Notes under the pieces: generated by a model
What the model was told of the DNA's origin: nothing
Databases searched by the model: none
What the model saw: only the letters and a program-made list of their open reading frames with translations
Made by a program: the position numbers and the translations under genes
Source: Welwitschia mirabilis
Lineage: Eukaryota
Direction: 5' to 3'
DNA length: 33,922 bases
Assembly: GCA_051453625.1 (NCBI GenBank)
Contig: JBOZIK010000001.1
Span: forward strand, 8,300,784 to 8,334,705
In this document: positions 1 through 12,187 of the stretch, piece by piece
Numbering within the stretch: position 1 is the first letter of the stretch
How the letters are laid out: each line of letters starts with the position of its first letter

Positions 1-37
1 AACATTGTATAAATACACACCGCAACACTTATTAAAG

Positions 38-1850
38 TTGATTTATGCTTTGTTCAAGCCTTTGATCTATTTGTTCTACTCTTTGATTTGTTTATTCTTG
101 TATTTGATTTGTTTGCATTTGTATTTTTGTGAAATTTTTGAGAGTATTCTCTAACATGTTAGATGAAGTGGTTTGATAGTTTGAAGATGAAGGATAAGAA
201 TTAGAAGATGAGAACAATGAATTATTAAGCTAGAAATNNNNNNNNNNNNNNNNNNNNNNNNNNNNNNNNNNNNNNNNNNNNNNNNNNNNNNNNNNNNNNN
301 NNNNNNNNNNNNNNNNNNNNNNNNNNNNNNNNNNNNNCTCTTATCCTGTTCCTTGTTTTTTATAGGGTTTTGTTTATCCTTGGGATTATTTTGTATGGGT
401 GGATTATCTAGCTCTTTTTTTCTCCTAAGGTTTATTAGCCTTGCTCTCTTTTAGGTGTTTTTCCCTTATATAAATCTAATGCCTTTTGAATTGGCCAGTA
501 CTCATGGAAACTTTTCATATTGCTCTTTGATTTATTGATAAAAGAATGTAGGTGGTGGCTTGTTGACGTTGATTTATGCTCTGTTCAAGCCTTGTCTTTG
601 ATTTGTTTGCATTTGTATTTTTGTGAAATTTTTGAGAGTATCCTCTAACATGTTATATGAAGTGGTTTGATAGTTTAAAGATGAAGGATAAGAATTAGAA
701 GATGAGGGGAATGAATTATTAAGTTAGAAATTTTATTGTGTGATGTTGTCTTGCTTCCAAAAGAAATTTAGATGATTTTCCCCATCAAGATTATAAGTGT
801 TTAAGCAAGAGTTTTCCTTTTTTTCTTTTTCCCATTTTTTAAATTTTCTTTCCTTTTTTTTTAAAAGTTTTACCATTACCCTACCATGTTCACTTACTTA
901 TTAACTATGCTTTAAAATAAAAGGATATATGGCATTTAGTGGTTTTATAAGTGTTGATATGATAGATTAAATACTTAGGCTTAGTGATCATAGATGGGGT
1001 TAACTTTATTACTAGTTTATTAATTCTATTATTCACCTCAAGGTATTTTTGAATCTTGAAGATACTAGTTGACATAACTAAATAATGTAATCTTGAAGGT
1101 TCTATAGGTTTCTTCCAATTTTTTGAGCTTTTAGCTCTACTTACTAAATACTTTAAAACATCATCAAGGGGTATGATTAAGAAGTTTTCATGGCTTATTA
1201 TTTCTATTATTTGATAGTTATTTTTGGATAATCCATCATAAAAGAAACTTATCTTGCTATCTAGTTTGAAACCATGTTAGTGGAATTTAAAACTTTATAT
1301 CTTTCTAAAGTATGGAAGAAGGTTTTGTAATCTTCTATTAAAAGTTCATGATTTCTTTCCTAAGGACATGTGTCTTATAACTAAAAAAGAACTTAGAAAT
1401 GAAGTCTTTATTGAGATCCCTCCAATTTGTAATAGAGAAGGGTCTTAGGGTGTATAACTAGGATTTTACCTTCTCTTTTAGGGAAAAAAGGGAATAAGAT
1501 AAGTCTAAGTGCATCATGAGTGTTAAGGTACTTATAAATAATTGATAATACACACTCAAATTCCTTAAGATGTAGATATAGATCTTTAGATTCTAACTAT
1601 GGAAATGGAAATGGAAGTGGAGTTAGAATTAAATAGTGAGAGTTTTAAACTTTTATCCTTTAGTTAACAAGTAATGATACTATGTAAGAGGGTCTGATTG
1701 GACTTTGCAATTAAAGATAATCATGAAGGCTATGTTAGTGGAGTAAGAGTTAGAAAAGTAAAAGGTTTAAAATTTAGTCTCTAGTTAACAAGTAATGACA
1801 CCATGCAAGAGAATGTTACTAGGCTCTATAGTTAAAGGTAAACATGAAGG
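38..1850 (-). pseudogene. gag: Athila-type gag remnant (retrotransposon gag core plus C-terminal region), with many stops and frameshifts
   Basis: Manual minus-strand translation: LESKDLYLHLKEFEC (~1551-1597; cf. LESENPYLHLKEFEEVC), DALRLILFPF..LKEKVKS*LYTLRPFSITNWRDL (~1413-1515), ISFFYDGLSK (~1212-1242), NHLNFFWKQ (~752-778; cf. NHPNFSW), LENTLKNF..QTNQ (~110-160). Confidence 0.85.
1621..1850. repeat. Diverged tandem duplication, ~121-bp unit, at the gag 5' end
   Basis: TAGTTAACAAGTAATGA at 1661 and 1782, and CATGAAGG at 1722 and 1843; both offsets are 121 bp with no gap between. Confidence 0.8.
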
Positions 1851-3033
1851 GTTTGCCTAAGTTAATTAGTGGTAGTAGTAAGGAAAGCTTATCATTTAAC
1901 TGCTTTTTAGGTAAAATAATATTATTGTAGTCTATTGAGAATTTCTTAATTTGATAAGGTTTCATGAAAAGGATTAACTAGGTCATTTGGATTATGTTGT
2001 GGTAAGCGTGTTTGATTGTTTTAGTTATTTTGTGTAGTTGAAGNNNNNNNNNNNNNNNNNNNNNNNNNNNNNNNNNNNNNNNNNNNNNNNNNNNNNNNNN
2101 NNNNNNNNNNNNNNNNNNNNNNNNNNNNNNNNNNNNNNNNNNNAGTTTATTCCTAAGTATTATCTCATGCTCAGTTTTTGGTTCTGAGTTCTCTCATCCT
2201 CTCATGATTAGTAAAGGAGTCAATGTTATCTTGGTTAAACTTCCTATTATATCATGAGTCAAGGTCATGTAAGAAATAAATTTAGATAGTTGCAATAAGG
2301 TTCAAACAATAAATAGTAAAATTTTTCAGGGACTAGAAATCATGAAGAATTTCAAGATTTTACAAAAAGATTTGTTAATCACATATAAAATGTTTAAAGT
2401 ATCAAGATTATAAAAAAATAAAATAGAGATGATGAATGTAAATACAATTGAGCCTAACATAATAAAATCACAAGGAAATTTTAAAGTTTTTAATCATTTT
2501 ACAAATGTAATAAAATGAAATAGAGATGATGAACATGATTAAAACATAACAATAATCATAAAATAATCTTAAAAAAATTTTAATATTTTATGGACATAGT
2601 AAAATGCAGGTGCAAGAATGTAGAAAACGTAATGGGAAAAAAAAGCATGCAACATAATTATAAATTCTAATTAAATATTTTTTATGTTTTAAAGTTTTTT
2701 AAACTTAAAAGCAATTGACAAGAAATATTATACCTACAGAAAGTAAGTTAGAAAATCAAAAATAAACTTTAAAAAGCTAAATTAGTTTGAGATAAGACTC
2801 GAAGGATTAGTACCAATCACTAGAAAGAACACAACCAAAAAAAAAAAAGAAAAAAACAAAAAAGGGCTAGTTCAAGATAATACTAAGGAATATTACCAAC
2901 CACTAAAAATAAAAAGAGAAAAAATACAAAGCAAAAAAGGGACTAGTTTAAGTATCACTAAAGAAATAAAAAGTATGTATAAAACTTGCAAAAACAAAAA
3001 TTGGTACTCCTCTAAGCTATTAGTATGTTATTA

Positions 3034-3051
3034 TCCCCAATAACAACACCA
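3034..3051 (-). promoter_or_regulatory. Primer-binding site (tRNA-Asp type, Athila-like), deaminated
   Basis: Minus strand reads TGGTGTTGTTATTGGGGA versus canonical TGGCGCCGTTGCCGGGGA. All 6 mismatches are C>T or G>A. It lies between the LTR and the gag leader. Confidence 0.8.
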
Positions 3052-3056
3052 AAATT

Positions 3057-4589
3057 TAGTTAACTTGTAGTAAAATGTCTTATATTTAAACTAATATTTT
3101 ACTTAGCTATTGTCCTTCCTTAGGAAGCTTTAAAACAAGTTAAAAAAAAAAAATTAACAGAAAAGAAGAGATGAAATGATTATTAGAATTTAGACTTCAT
3201 CTTAGAGAGGAGGAAAGTAAATTAGCTCTAAGATATCATTAATTTGTCCTATGAAATTATTCACTTCAAAGTTGTTCAACTACTTTTCTAGAAAATAATA
3301 AAAATCATTAAGTGCTTTCAATCCAATTCATGGGGCGTAATCTCATCCACCATATAATAAATAGTAAATCAAAATAACACTTTAATTTAAATAACAATAA
3401 AACATAAGGATTCTTAAAGTGCTCAAGATCTATAAAATTAAAATACTACATGATAAAAAGGAATTTACACAACTAAATTAAATTTAATAGTTAAAAAAGT
3501 TACCTAAGCATCCTAATTATGATATTACTCATAANNNNNNNNNNNNNNNNNNNNNNNNNNNNNNNNNNNNNNNNNNNNNNNNNNNNNNNNNNNNNNNNNN
3601 NNNNNNNNNNNNNNNNNNNNNNNNNNNNNNNNNNAAATTTAGTTAACTTGTAGTACAATGTCTTAGATTTAAACTAAGCTTTTACTTAGCTATTATCATT
3701 CCTTAGGAATCTTTAAAACAAGTTATGAAAAAAAAAAAGGAAAAGAGAAGAAGAGATGAAATGATTATTAGACTTTAGACTTCATCTTAGAGAGGAGGAA
3801 AGCAAATTAGCTCTAAGATATCATCAATTTTTCATATGAAATTATTCACTTCAAAGTTGTCCAATTACTTTTCTACAAAATAATAAAAATCATTANNNNN
3901 NNNNNNNNNNNNNNNNNNNNNNNNNNTCAATCCAATTCATGGGGCGTAATCTCATCCATTATATAATAAATAGTAAATCAAAATAACACTTTAATTTTAA
4001 ATAACAATAAAAAGTAAGGATTCTTAAAGTACTCAAGATCTATAAAATTAAAATACTACATGATAAAAAGGAATTTATACAATTAAATTAAACTTAATAG
4101 TTAAAAAAGTTACGTAAGCATCCTAATTATGATATTACTCATAAATCAAGATTAAAAAAAGTAACTTTTGCATTACAAAAAGAATAACTTAATAACACAG
4201 AAATAAGGGAGTAAGAAGAACTCTTTAAGTAATCCTTGAAGACTAGCTCACTTCTCCAAAGAGTCATCTAGAAATACAATGAAGGGTTCAAGGCCCTTTT
4301 TATAAGAAGAGATGGGGATAAAGAGTAGTTACAAGCTCTTGACTTATAGTGTTAGGTAGAATATTCATCATTTAGTATTAAGTACATAATACTCTATCTT
4401 TTATCATTTAGTTAAGGTTTTCTTGTAGCATTAGGTAGATAAGATTTCATCCTCTAGTGTTAGATAGAATCTCATTCATTTAGAATTTGATGGAGCTTTT
4501 CTTGTAGTGTTTGATGAAGATTATCACATGGTATTAGAGGGAATCTTTGTTATGATAAGCAAACATGTGATCTTTAGAGATATTTTTCT
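3057..4589 (-). repeat. 5' LTR of the minus-strand Athila-like element (3052-3534 is repeated at 3635-4144; the LTR start is lost in a gap)
   Basis: Directly upstream of the PBS. TATAAAAAG on the minus strand at 4304-4296. The 3' end and TATA region resemble the plus-strand LTR at 8132-9383. Confidence 0.7.
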
Positions 4590-5433
4590 NNNNNNNNNNN
4601 NNNNNNNNNNNNNNNNNNNNNNNNNNNNNNNNNNNNNNNNNNNNNNNNNNNNNNNNNNNNNNNNNNNNNNNNNNNNNNNNNNNNNNNNNNNNNNNNNNNN
4701 NNNNNNNNNNNNNNNNNNNNNNNNNNNNNNNNNNNNNNNNNNNNNNNNNNNNNNNNNNNNNNNNNNNNNNNNNNNNNNNNNNNNNNNNNNNNNNNNNNNN
4801 NNNNNNNNNNNNNNNNNNNNNNNNNNNNNNNNNNNNNNNNNNNNNNNNNNNNNNNNNNNNNNNNNNNNNNNNNNNNNNNNNNNNNNNNNNNNNNNNNNNN
4901 NNNNNNNNNNNNNNNNNNNNNNNNNNNNNNNNNNNNNNNNNNNNNNNNNNNNNNNNNNNNNNNNNNNNNNNNNNNNNNNNNNNNNNNNNNNNNNNNNNNN
5001 NNNNNNNNNNNNNNNNNNNNNNNNNNNNNNNNNNNNNNNNNNNNNNNNNNNNNNNNNNNNNNNNNNNNNNNNNNNNNNNNNNNNNNNNNNNNNNNNNNNN
5101 NNNNNNNNNNNNNNNNNNNNNNNNNNNNNNNNNNNNNNNNNNNNNNNNNNNNNNNNNNNNNNNNNNNNNNNNNNNNNNNNNNNNNNNNNNNNNNNNNNNN
5201 NNNNNNNNNNNNNNNNNNNNNNNNNNNNNNNNNNNNNNNNNNNNNNNNNNNNNNNNNNNNNNNNNNNNNNNNNNNNNNNNNNNNNNNNNNNNNNNNNNNN
5301 NNNNNNNNNNNNNNNNNNNNNNNNNNNNNNNNNNNNNNNNNNNNNNNNNNNNNNNNNNNNNNNNNNNNNNNNNNNNNNNNNNNNNNNNNNNNNNNNNNNN
5401 NNNNNNNNNNNNNNNNNNNNNNNNNNNNNNNNN

Positions 5434-8131
5434 NATGATTTGAAGATAGTTAAGGAGTCATTCTCATTTATCCTTCTTTAATGACTTAATGTATATATTT
5501 TTTAGTTTTTAATATAACAATTGGTTTAAACCTTTTCATTATTAATGCATAAAGTCATTTGATATTAGTACTATTTAGGTATAACTAGTTTAAGAATTAG
5601 CTTTAATCTGTTTATAATTCATTGGGCATTAGCAATTTTTAGATGGCACTTACTTGGAATGAAGGTAAAGAGTTGAACAAATTGAGTAGGTCTTTAGAGC
5701 ATTTTTATTTCTTAACTTTTTNNNNNNNNNNNNNNNNNNNNNNNNNNNNNNNNNNNNNNNNNNNNNNNNNNNNNNNNNNNNNNNNNNNNNNNNNNNNNNN
5801 NNNNNNNNNNNNNNNNNNNNNNNNNNNNNNNNNNNNNNNNNNNNNNNNNNNNNNNNNNNNNNNNNNNNNNNNNNNNNNNNNNNNNNNNNNNNNNNNNNNN
5901 NNNNNNNNNNNNNNNNNNNNNNNNNNNNNNNNNNNNNNNNNNNNNNNNNNNNNNNNNNNNNNNNNNNNNNNNNNNNNNNNNNNNNNNNNNNNNNNNNNNN
6001 NNNNNNNNNNNNNNNNNNNNNNNNNNNNNNNNNNNNNNNNNNNNNNNNNNNNNNNNNNNNNNNNNNNNNNNNNNNNNNNNNNNNNNNNNNNNNNNNNNNN
6101 NNNNNNNNNNNNNNNNNNNNNNNNNNNNNNNNNNNNNNNNNNNNNNNNNNNNNNNNNNNNNNNNNNNNNNNNNNNNNNNNNNNNNNNNNNNNNNNNNNNN
6201 NNNNNNNNNNNNNNNNNNNNNNNNNNNNNNNNNNNNNNNNNNNNNNNNNNNNNNNNNNNNNNNNNNNNNNNNNNNNNNNNNNNNNNNNNNNNNNNNNNNN
6301 NNNNNNNNNNNNNNNNNNNNNNNNNNNNNNNNNNNNNNNNNNNNNNNNNNNNNNNNNNNNNNNNNNNNNNNNNNNNNNNNNNNNNNNNNNNNNNNNNNNN
6401 NNNNNNNNNNNNNNNNNNNNNNNNNNNNNNNNNNNNNNNNNNNNNNNNNNNNNNNNNNNNNNNNNNNNNNNNNNNNNNNNNNNNNNNNNNNNNNNNNNNN
6501 NNNNNNNNNNNNNNNNNNNNNNNNNNNNNNNNNNNNNNNNNNNNNNNNNNNNNNNNNNNNNNNNNNNNNNNNNNNNNNNNNNNNNNNNNNNNNNNNNNNN
6601 NNNNNNNNNNNNNNNNNNNNNNNNNNNNNNATTTTTAAAATCTAATAATTGAAATTTATTTTTATATTTGATATTTCATGTTGTAGGTCTAACGACTTTC
6701 CTACAGGTGCAACTTAAACCTAATATCATGAATTAAATATAAATAAAACTCTAATAGTTTATTTTATGTTTTTTATACAATTCTATAATTTTTCATTTTG
6801 AAAATTTCTATTTTGTTTTGTAAATCTTGTTAAAATTTTAAGAAAAATTAAGATTGTATAAGATTTTTCCTAAAAATTACAAATTTTTAAGATATAATCA
6901 TTTTATTTATATAAAGTTTTCTTATATCCTATGACCTAAAACCTTTTATGTGAATTACATGAATGCTTTATCTTCTTTCTAAACCTTTTTTCTTAGACCA
7001 ACTAGTGCCACCACTTTCTTTGACTGATGCCACTAGTATTCTTACTTAGAATTCTCTATAACTTAAAAACTAAGATATCCTGTGATCTCTCTAAATATTT
7101 TTTATTATGAGCTTCCTCTAAAACTAATAAAATTCTAGAAAATGTAAAATTTTAATCTAAACTGTTAACTATTTTCTTAAACTTAAATTATTAGTTAGGT
7201 TCTAAATTTAATCGAAAATCTTTCAATTAGTAACCTGTATATCCCTATAGATTTAAAAATATAATCAACTCAAACACATCGTAGGATAATTTATCTAATC
7301 TAGATAACTCTTTGAAGAGTATTCTTAACTACATCTATACATGAATCAACCTCCTTACAACTATGCCTATGAAAATTATTATATCTGATATTGGGACTTT
7401 GATTACATCTCTTCCATTATTCTTACAATCCTTATTATTCACACTCATTTTCATATTCATTATTCTTCAATTCTTATCCTTCATTTCCCTTTCAATACCC
7501 TTCATTAGTTGACCACTTCCTATCACTTTCATATATCCAACAATTTATCTCTTTACCTTCCTTTGAGGATATCTTTCAAAGATTTCTATAAGGTATTGTC
7601 AACTTCAATTCCATTCTTAATCTCTAGAAGAATCCACTAATAAAATCAAGTCAAACATTGATTAAAGCCTTTAATAAGTAGTTCATACTAATGATGAAAT
7701 CCTTAGGGCTTTTAACCAACAACAATATGAAGAAAACATTTCTATGTTTTATAAGTCTAAAAGCCTAAAAAAATTTTAAGGGATTAATGAAACTAGAATA
7801 TATGATAATCATACCATATTCCTTAGGAAAAATGAAGAAAACATTAAAGAAGATCATAATAAAATTAATGACTATATTCAGAGAACCTTGAGTTTAAACA
7901 TGCCTTAAGGNNNNNNNNNNNNNNNNNNNNNNNNNNNNNNNNNNNNNNNNNNNNNNNNNNNNNNNNNNNNNNNNNNNNNNNNNNNNNNNNNNNNNNNNNN
8001 NNNNNNNNNNAAAAAGTTATTAAAAATATTATATCATTTTCTTACTTGCCATTTCACTTTGCTAATTTTTCCATATCACCATTTCTTCATTAATATTTTA
8101 CTAAGGGTCTAGAAACAATTTGGTTATATGG
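5434..8131 (+). mobile_element. Athila-like element copy A: LTR fragment (5434-5721), internal region (6631-7910) and PPT-like end (~8097-8131); apparently non-autonomous
   Basis: 5434-5721 aligns by eye to 8890-9210 and 6631-7910 aligns to ~9622-10895. Only weak gag-like remnants (SCDLSKYFLL..KTNKI; PSFEDIFQRFL). TTACTAAGGGTCTAGAAACAATTTGGTTATATGG resembles the Athila pre-LTR/PPT motif. Interrupted by two gaps. Confidence 0.6.
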
Positions 8132-9383
8132 TGTATTTACACATATAAATTAACATTCTAAGCAAGCCTTTTTAATAAGTGTTGCATTGGAAAATATATT
8201 TAATTCATTGATTTATTATAAAATGATGTCTTTTATCATTTTTATCATATTCTCATGAAGTTATCAACTTTTCTTAAAATTATCAGGTTAATTTCTGCCT
8301 TCTAAAAACCTAGCATAAATAGATCAAATCCCAACATAAATGTTAGTACCACAATGAGGACTACTAGCACCATCATATTTATAAGGCAAATTATTATAAA
8401 ACTTACATTCTTGCATTTATTTAGGGAATTAATCACATTAGACTTATGGACTGAGTCAAAAAATAATTTAAGATAACTATTTAAACATGAGAATACTTGA
8501 TAAAAGTACAAGATGATATGTCATAGTCACATGTGGCATAACAAGGACGATCATGATAAAGATATATAACATGGCATCTGTTGGTAACATCATTAATAGT
8601 TAGAGAACACATCACCATCATGTTTGCATAAGAAGATGAAGAATTTTTTCTTGTGGCTACATGCTAAAAAGTTATAACCTCTTCCTTAAGAAGTAATCAT
8701 CCATTATAATCCATCTTATGTAACCACCCACCTAATGCATAATGGCAATACCTAACACAACCATGAATTAGGCTATAAGACTTTTTTCATTTATAAAAGA
8801 ATCTTGAGTGCTCCTTGTAAATGTGTTTTGGTTGAATTAATGTTGGAAGAACTTGAAGGCCAAGACTAATAACCTTTCTTGGGGGTGAAATGATTTGAGG
8901 CTAGTTAAGAAATCTTTCTTCTTCACCCTTCTTTAATGATGTAACATATATCTTTTTTAATTTTAATATAAGAATTAGTTTTTAACCCTTTTATTATTAA
9001 TGAAAAATATCATTTTGTATTAGCAATATTTAGGTAGAACTAGTCGTTAAGTAGGTTTTATTTATTAATTATTATTACATAATTTATTTGGTATTGATAA
9101 TTTTTAGATGGAGCTTACTTGATTACCAAGTTTAGGATATAGGAATCATTAAAACAAAGGTGAAGATTGAACAAATTTAGTAGACATTTGGAGCATTTGC
9201 ATTTCTTCATGTTACCAACTCAAGATCAACTTCCTTCTGAGCTTCTAAGTTTATTAGTACTTGAGTTTTATTACAAGTTAAATTAATTCTATATCTTTTG
9301 TAAAGTTATCACATGTATCCCTATAGAAGAATGCTGCTAAGTGTTTTACTTAGTTAAATATAAATAATTATAAACTATGATTA
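8132..9383 (+). repeat. Athila-type LTR (~1.25 kb)
   Basis: Starts TGTATTTACACATATAAATTAACATT (cf. TGTTAACATGTAAAAATTAACATT at 12188). TATAAAAG at 8792-8799. Ends just before the PBS at 9389. Confidence 0.65.
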
Positions 9384-9388
9384 GATTT

Positions 9389-9406
9389 TAGTATCGTTGC
9401 TGGGGA
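9389..9406 (+). promoter_or_regulatory. Primer-binding site (tRNA-Asp type), deaminated
   Basis: TAGTATCGTTGCTGGGGA versus TGGCGCCGTTGCCGGGGA; all 5 mismatches are transitions. The downstream leader resembles the one after the PBS at 3034. Confidence 0.8.
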
Positions 9407-12187
9407 TATTAGTATGATGGACTTTTCAAGAGTACATGAATTTCTTCTTCCAATTTCTTTAGTTAACTAGTTTTTATTTTTTTAGTGGTTTATATGTGTA
9501 TTCTTCTAGTAATACATAAACTATTCCTTGTCCATTATGTTTATGTGTTTTCATTTCCTTTAAGTGAAAGGCATTGGTCCATTTCTAGTAAAACTTGAAG
9601 CAGTTTAAATTATTAAATTTGTTTTTTAATTTAACATTTGAAATTCATTTTTATATTTGATAGTTCATGTTTCATATCTGTGAATTTTCTTGTAGGTGTA
9701 ACTAAAACCTAGAATCATGAATCAAAAATAAATAAAANNNNNNNNNNNNNNNNNNNNNNNNNNNNNNNNNNNNNNNNNNNNNNNNNNNNNNNNNNNNNNN
9801 NNNNATTTCTATTCTATAAATCCTATTAAAATTTTAATAAAAATTAAAAGCATATAGGATTTTTCCTAAAACTAATAAATTTTTAAGATGTAGTTAAAGT
9901 TTTCTGAGATCTTGTAACTTGAAATATTTTATGCAGACTGTATAAATCCTTTATCTTTTTCTTGAACTTTCTACTTAAACCAACCAATGTCACCACTTTC
10001 CTTGACTGACACTATTACTGTTCTTATGTGGAATTCTCTGTAACTTAAACTTAGATCTTCTATGACCTCTTTAAACCTTTTTTTCATATAGGATTTCTTT
10101 AAAATTGAGAAAATTGTAGAAAATATGAATTCTTAACCTAAATCATTAATGATCTTCTTAAAATTAAATTATGAGTTAGGCTTTAAATCTATTTGAAACA
10201 TCTTATAATTAGTAACCTATCTACCCCTATAACGTTTAGAATCATAACCACCCCAAAAGCACTATATAAGACATTGGCTAACCTAAATAAATCTTTAAAG
10301 AATATCCTTAACTCCATTCATATATGAATCAATATCCTCATAATTATGAATATGAAAATCCTTATATCTAATATTAGGAGTTTTGTCACATGCCGTTCAT
10401 TGCCCCTTATCATTCTTTTTTATTTTTGTTTTTATATTCATCATCCTTTAATCCTTATCCTTCATTTTTATTTTAATCATATTTAGTAGTTGATCACTTC
10501 CTATCACCTTCATAATCTAACAATTCATCTCTTTACCTCCCTTTAAAGATACCTTCAAAGATTTCTAGAAGGTTTTGCCTAGTATTATTCTAATACACTT
10601 GAATTCCATTCTTCATCTTTGGAAGAATCCACTAATAAAATCAAGCAAAACATTGATCAAATCCTTTAATTAGTAGCTTAAAATAATAATGNNNNNNNNN
10701 NNNNNNNNNNNNNNNNNNNNNNNNNNNNNNNNNNNNNNNNNNNNNNNNNNNNNNNNNNNNNNNNNNNNNNNNNNNNNNNNNNNNNNNCTAGAATTTTTTA
10801 CAATCAAACCATATCCCTTAGAAAAACCTTGAATAAGCCCATAACAAAACCAATGATGATATTTGAAAAAAACTTAAATTTAGACATGTCTTAAAGAATG
10901 ATAGAATAGATACATCTTAATTCTACTTTGAAGTAAGATTAAATACATCACATTATGATCAATTAGTCGTAAGTAAGAAAATGTTTAAGAGTGATTAAAA
11001 CTTAGAAAGTTACATAATAAAGTGTAAAAGAAAGATCAATAAGGAAACCATAGAGTCAACAGTTTTATNNNNNNNNNNNNNNNNNNNNNNNNNNNNNNNN
11101 NNNNNNNNNNNNNNNNNNNNNNNNNNNNNNNNNNNNNNNNNNNNNNNNNNNNNNNNNNNNNNNNNNNNNNNNNNNNNNNNNNNNNNNNNNNNNNNNNNNN
11201 NNNNNNNNNNNNNNNNNNNNNNNNNNNNNNNNNNNNNNNNNNNNNNNNNNNNNNNNNNNNNNNNNNNNNNNNNNNNNNNNNNNNNNNNNNNNNNNNNNNN
11301 NNNNNNNNNNNNNNNNNNNGGTCCTTAATAAATCTTTATCTTCAACCCATAATAATGTTTTGCATGAATTGTTGAATAAGTAAAAATAGGCTAAGAGATG
11401 AAAAGTTTTTAATTTTAAAGTATTAATTTTACTACTAGGATTGATGTTTTTCCAAATTTATTGAAATCATGCATATATGTTTATAAGGATTATCTCTCAT
11501 TCTTGAATGATTTGTATAATTTTTAATTATCATTTAATTTTATCATTCATCAAGGNNNNNNNNNNNNNNNNNNNNNNNNNNNNNNNNNNNNNNNNNNNNN
11601 NNNNNNNNNNNNNNNNNNNNNNNNNNNNNNNNNNNNNNNNNNNNNNNNNNNNNNNAAAGAAACATTAATAAGAAAACCATAGAGTTAATAGTTTTATTAT
11701 TTATACAATCATGTGAGAAGGTATCCTCTAAATAACTTATTAAAGAGGAAAATGTTAGCTAAGAGGCATTACATATCCACCTTATGTAGAGCCTTCATCT
11801 TTTTGTTAAAAACCTTTTAAAATAATTATGATATTTTTCATGTTTGTCTTCTAAGAAAGATTTAAACCTGACTGATGAAGACAAACCTACCATACATTTG
11901 GAACCATTTTCTGATGCTTCTCTTAACGATCAATCACTTTCTCCCATGATCTTTAATAAATCTTTATCTTCAACCCATAATAATGTCTTGCATGAATTGT
12001 TGAATAAGTAAAAATAGGCTAAGAGGTGAAAAGTTTTTAAATTTAAAGTATTAATTTTGTTACTAGTATTGACGTTGTCCCAAATTTATTGAAATCATGC
12101 ATAAATGTTTATAAGGATTATCTCTCATTCTTGAATGATTTGTATAATTTTGCATTATCATTTAATTTTATCATTCATCAAGGGATA
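9389..12187 (+). mobile_element. Athila-like element copy B internal region (leader plus very degenerate gag-like sequence; no pol seen)
   Basis: PBS followed by a leader; homologous to 6631-7910. Contains several gaps and a gap-flanking duplicate (11320-11555 vs ~11948-12183). Confidence 0.55.

Larger units (their letters stand above)
1..4589 (-). mobile_element. Degenerate Athila-like Ty3/gypsy LTR retrotransposon, 5' part (LTR, PBS, 5'UTR, gag); runs off the left edge of the window
   Basis: Minus-strand order is LTR with TATA, then tRNA-Asp-type PBS (3034-3051), then AT-rich leader, then gag motifs in the expected order. Confidence 0.85.

Noticed and set aside
4507..6638. Long ORFs of 324 and 331 aa (likewise 16024-16710, 31471-32526, 31544-32509, 33255-33709 and most of 31372-32625)
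   Set aside because: They are open only because they read through N runs; the real residues are few.
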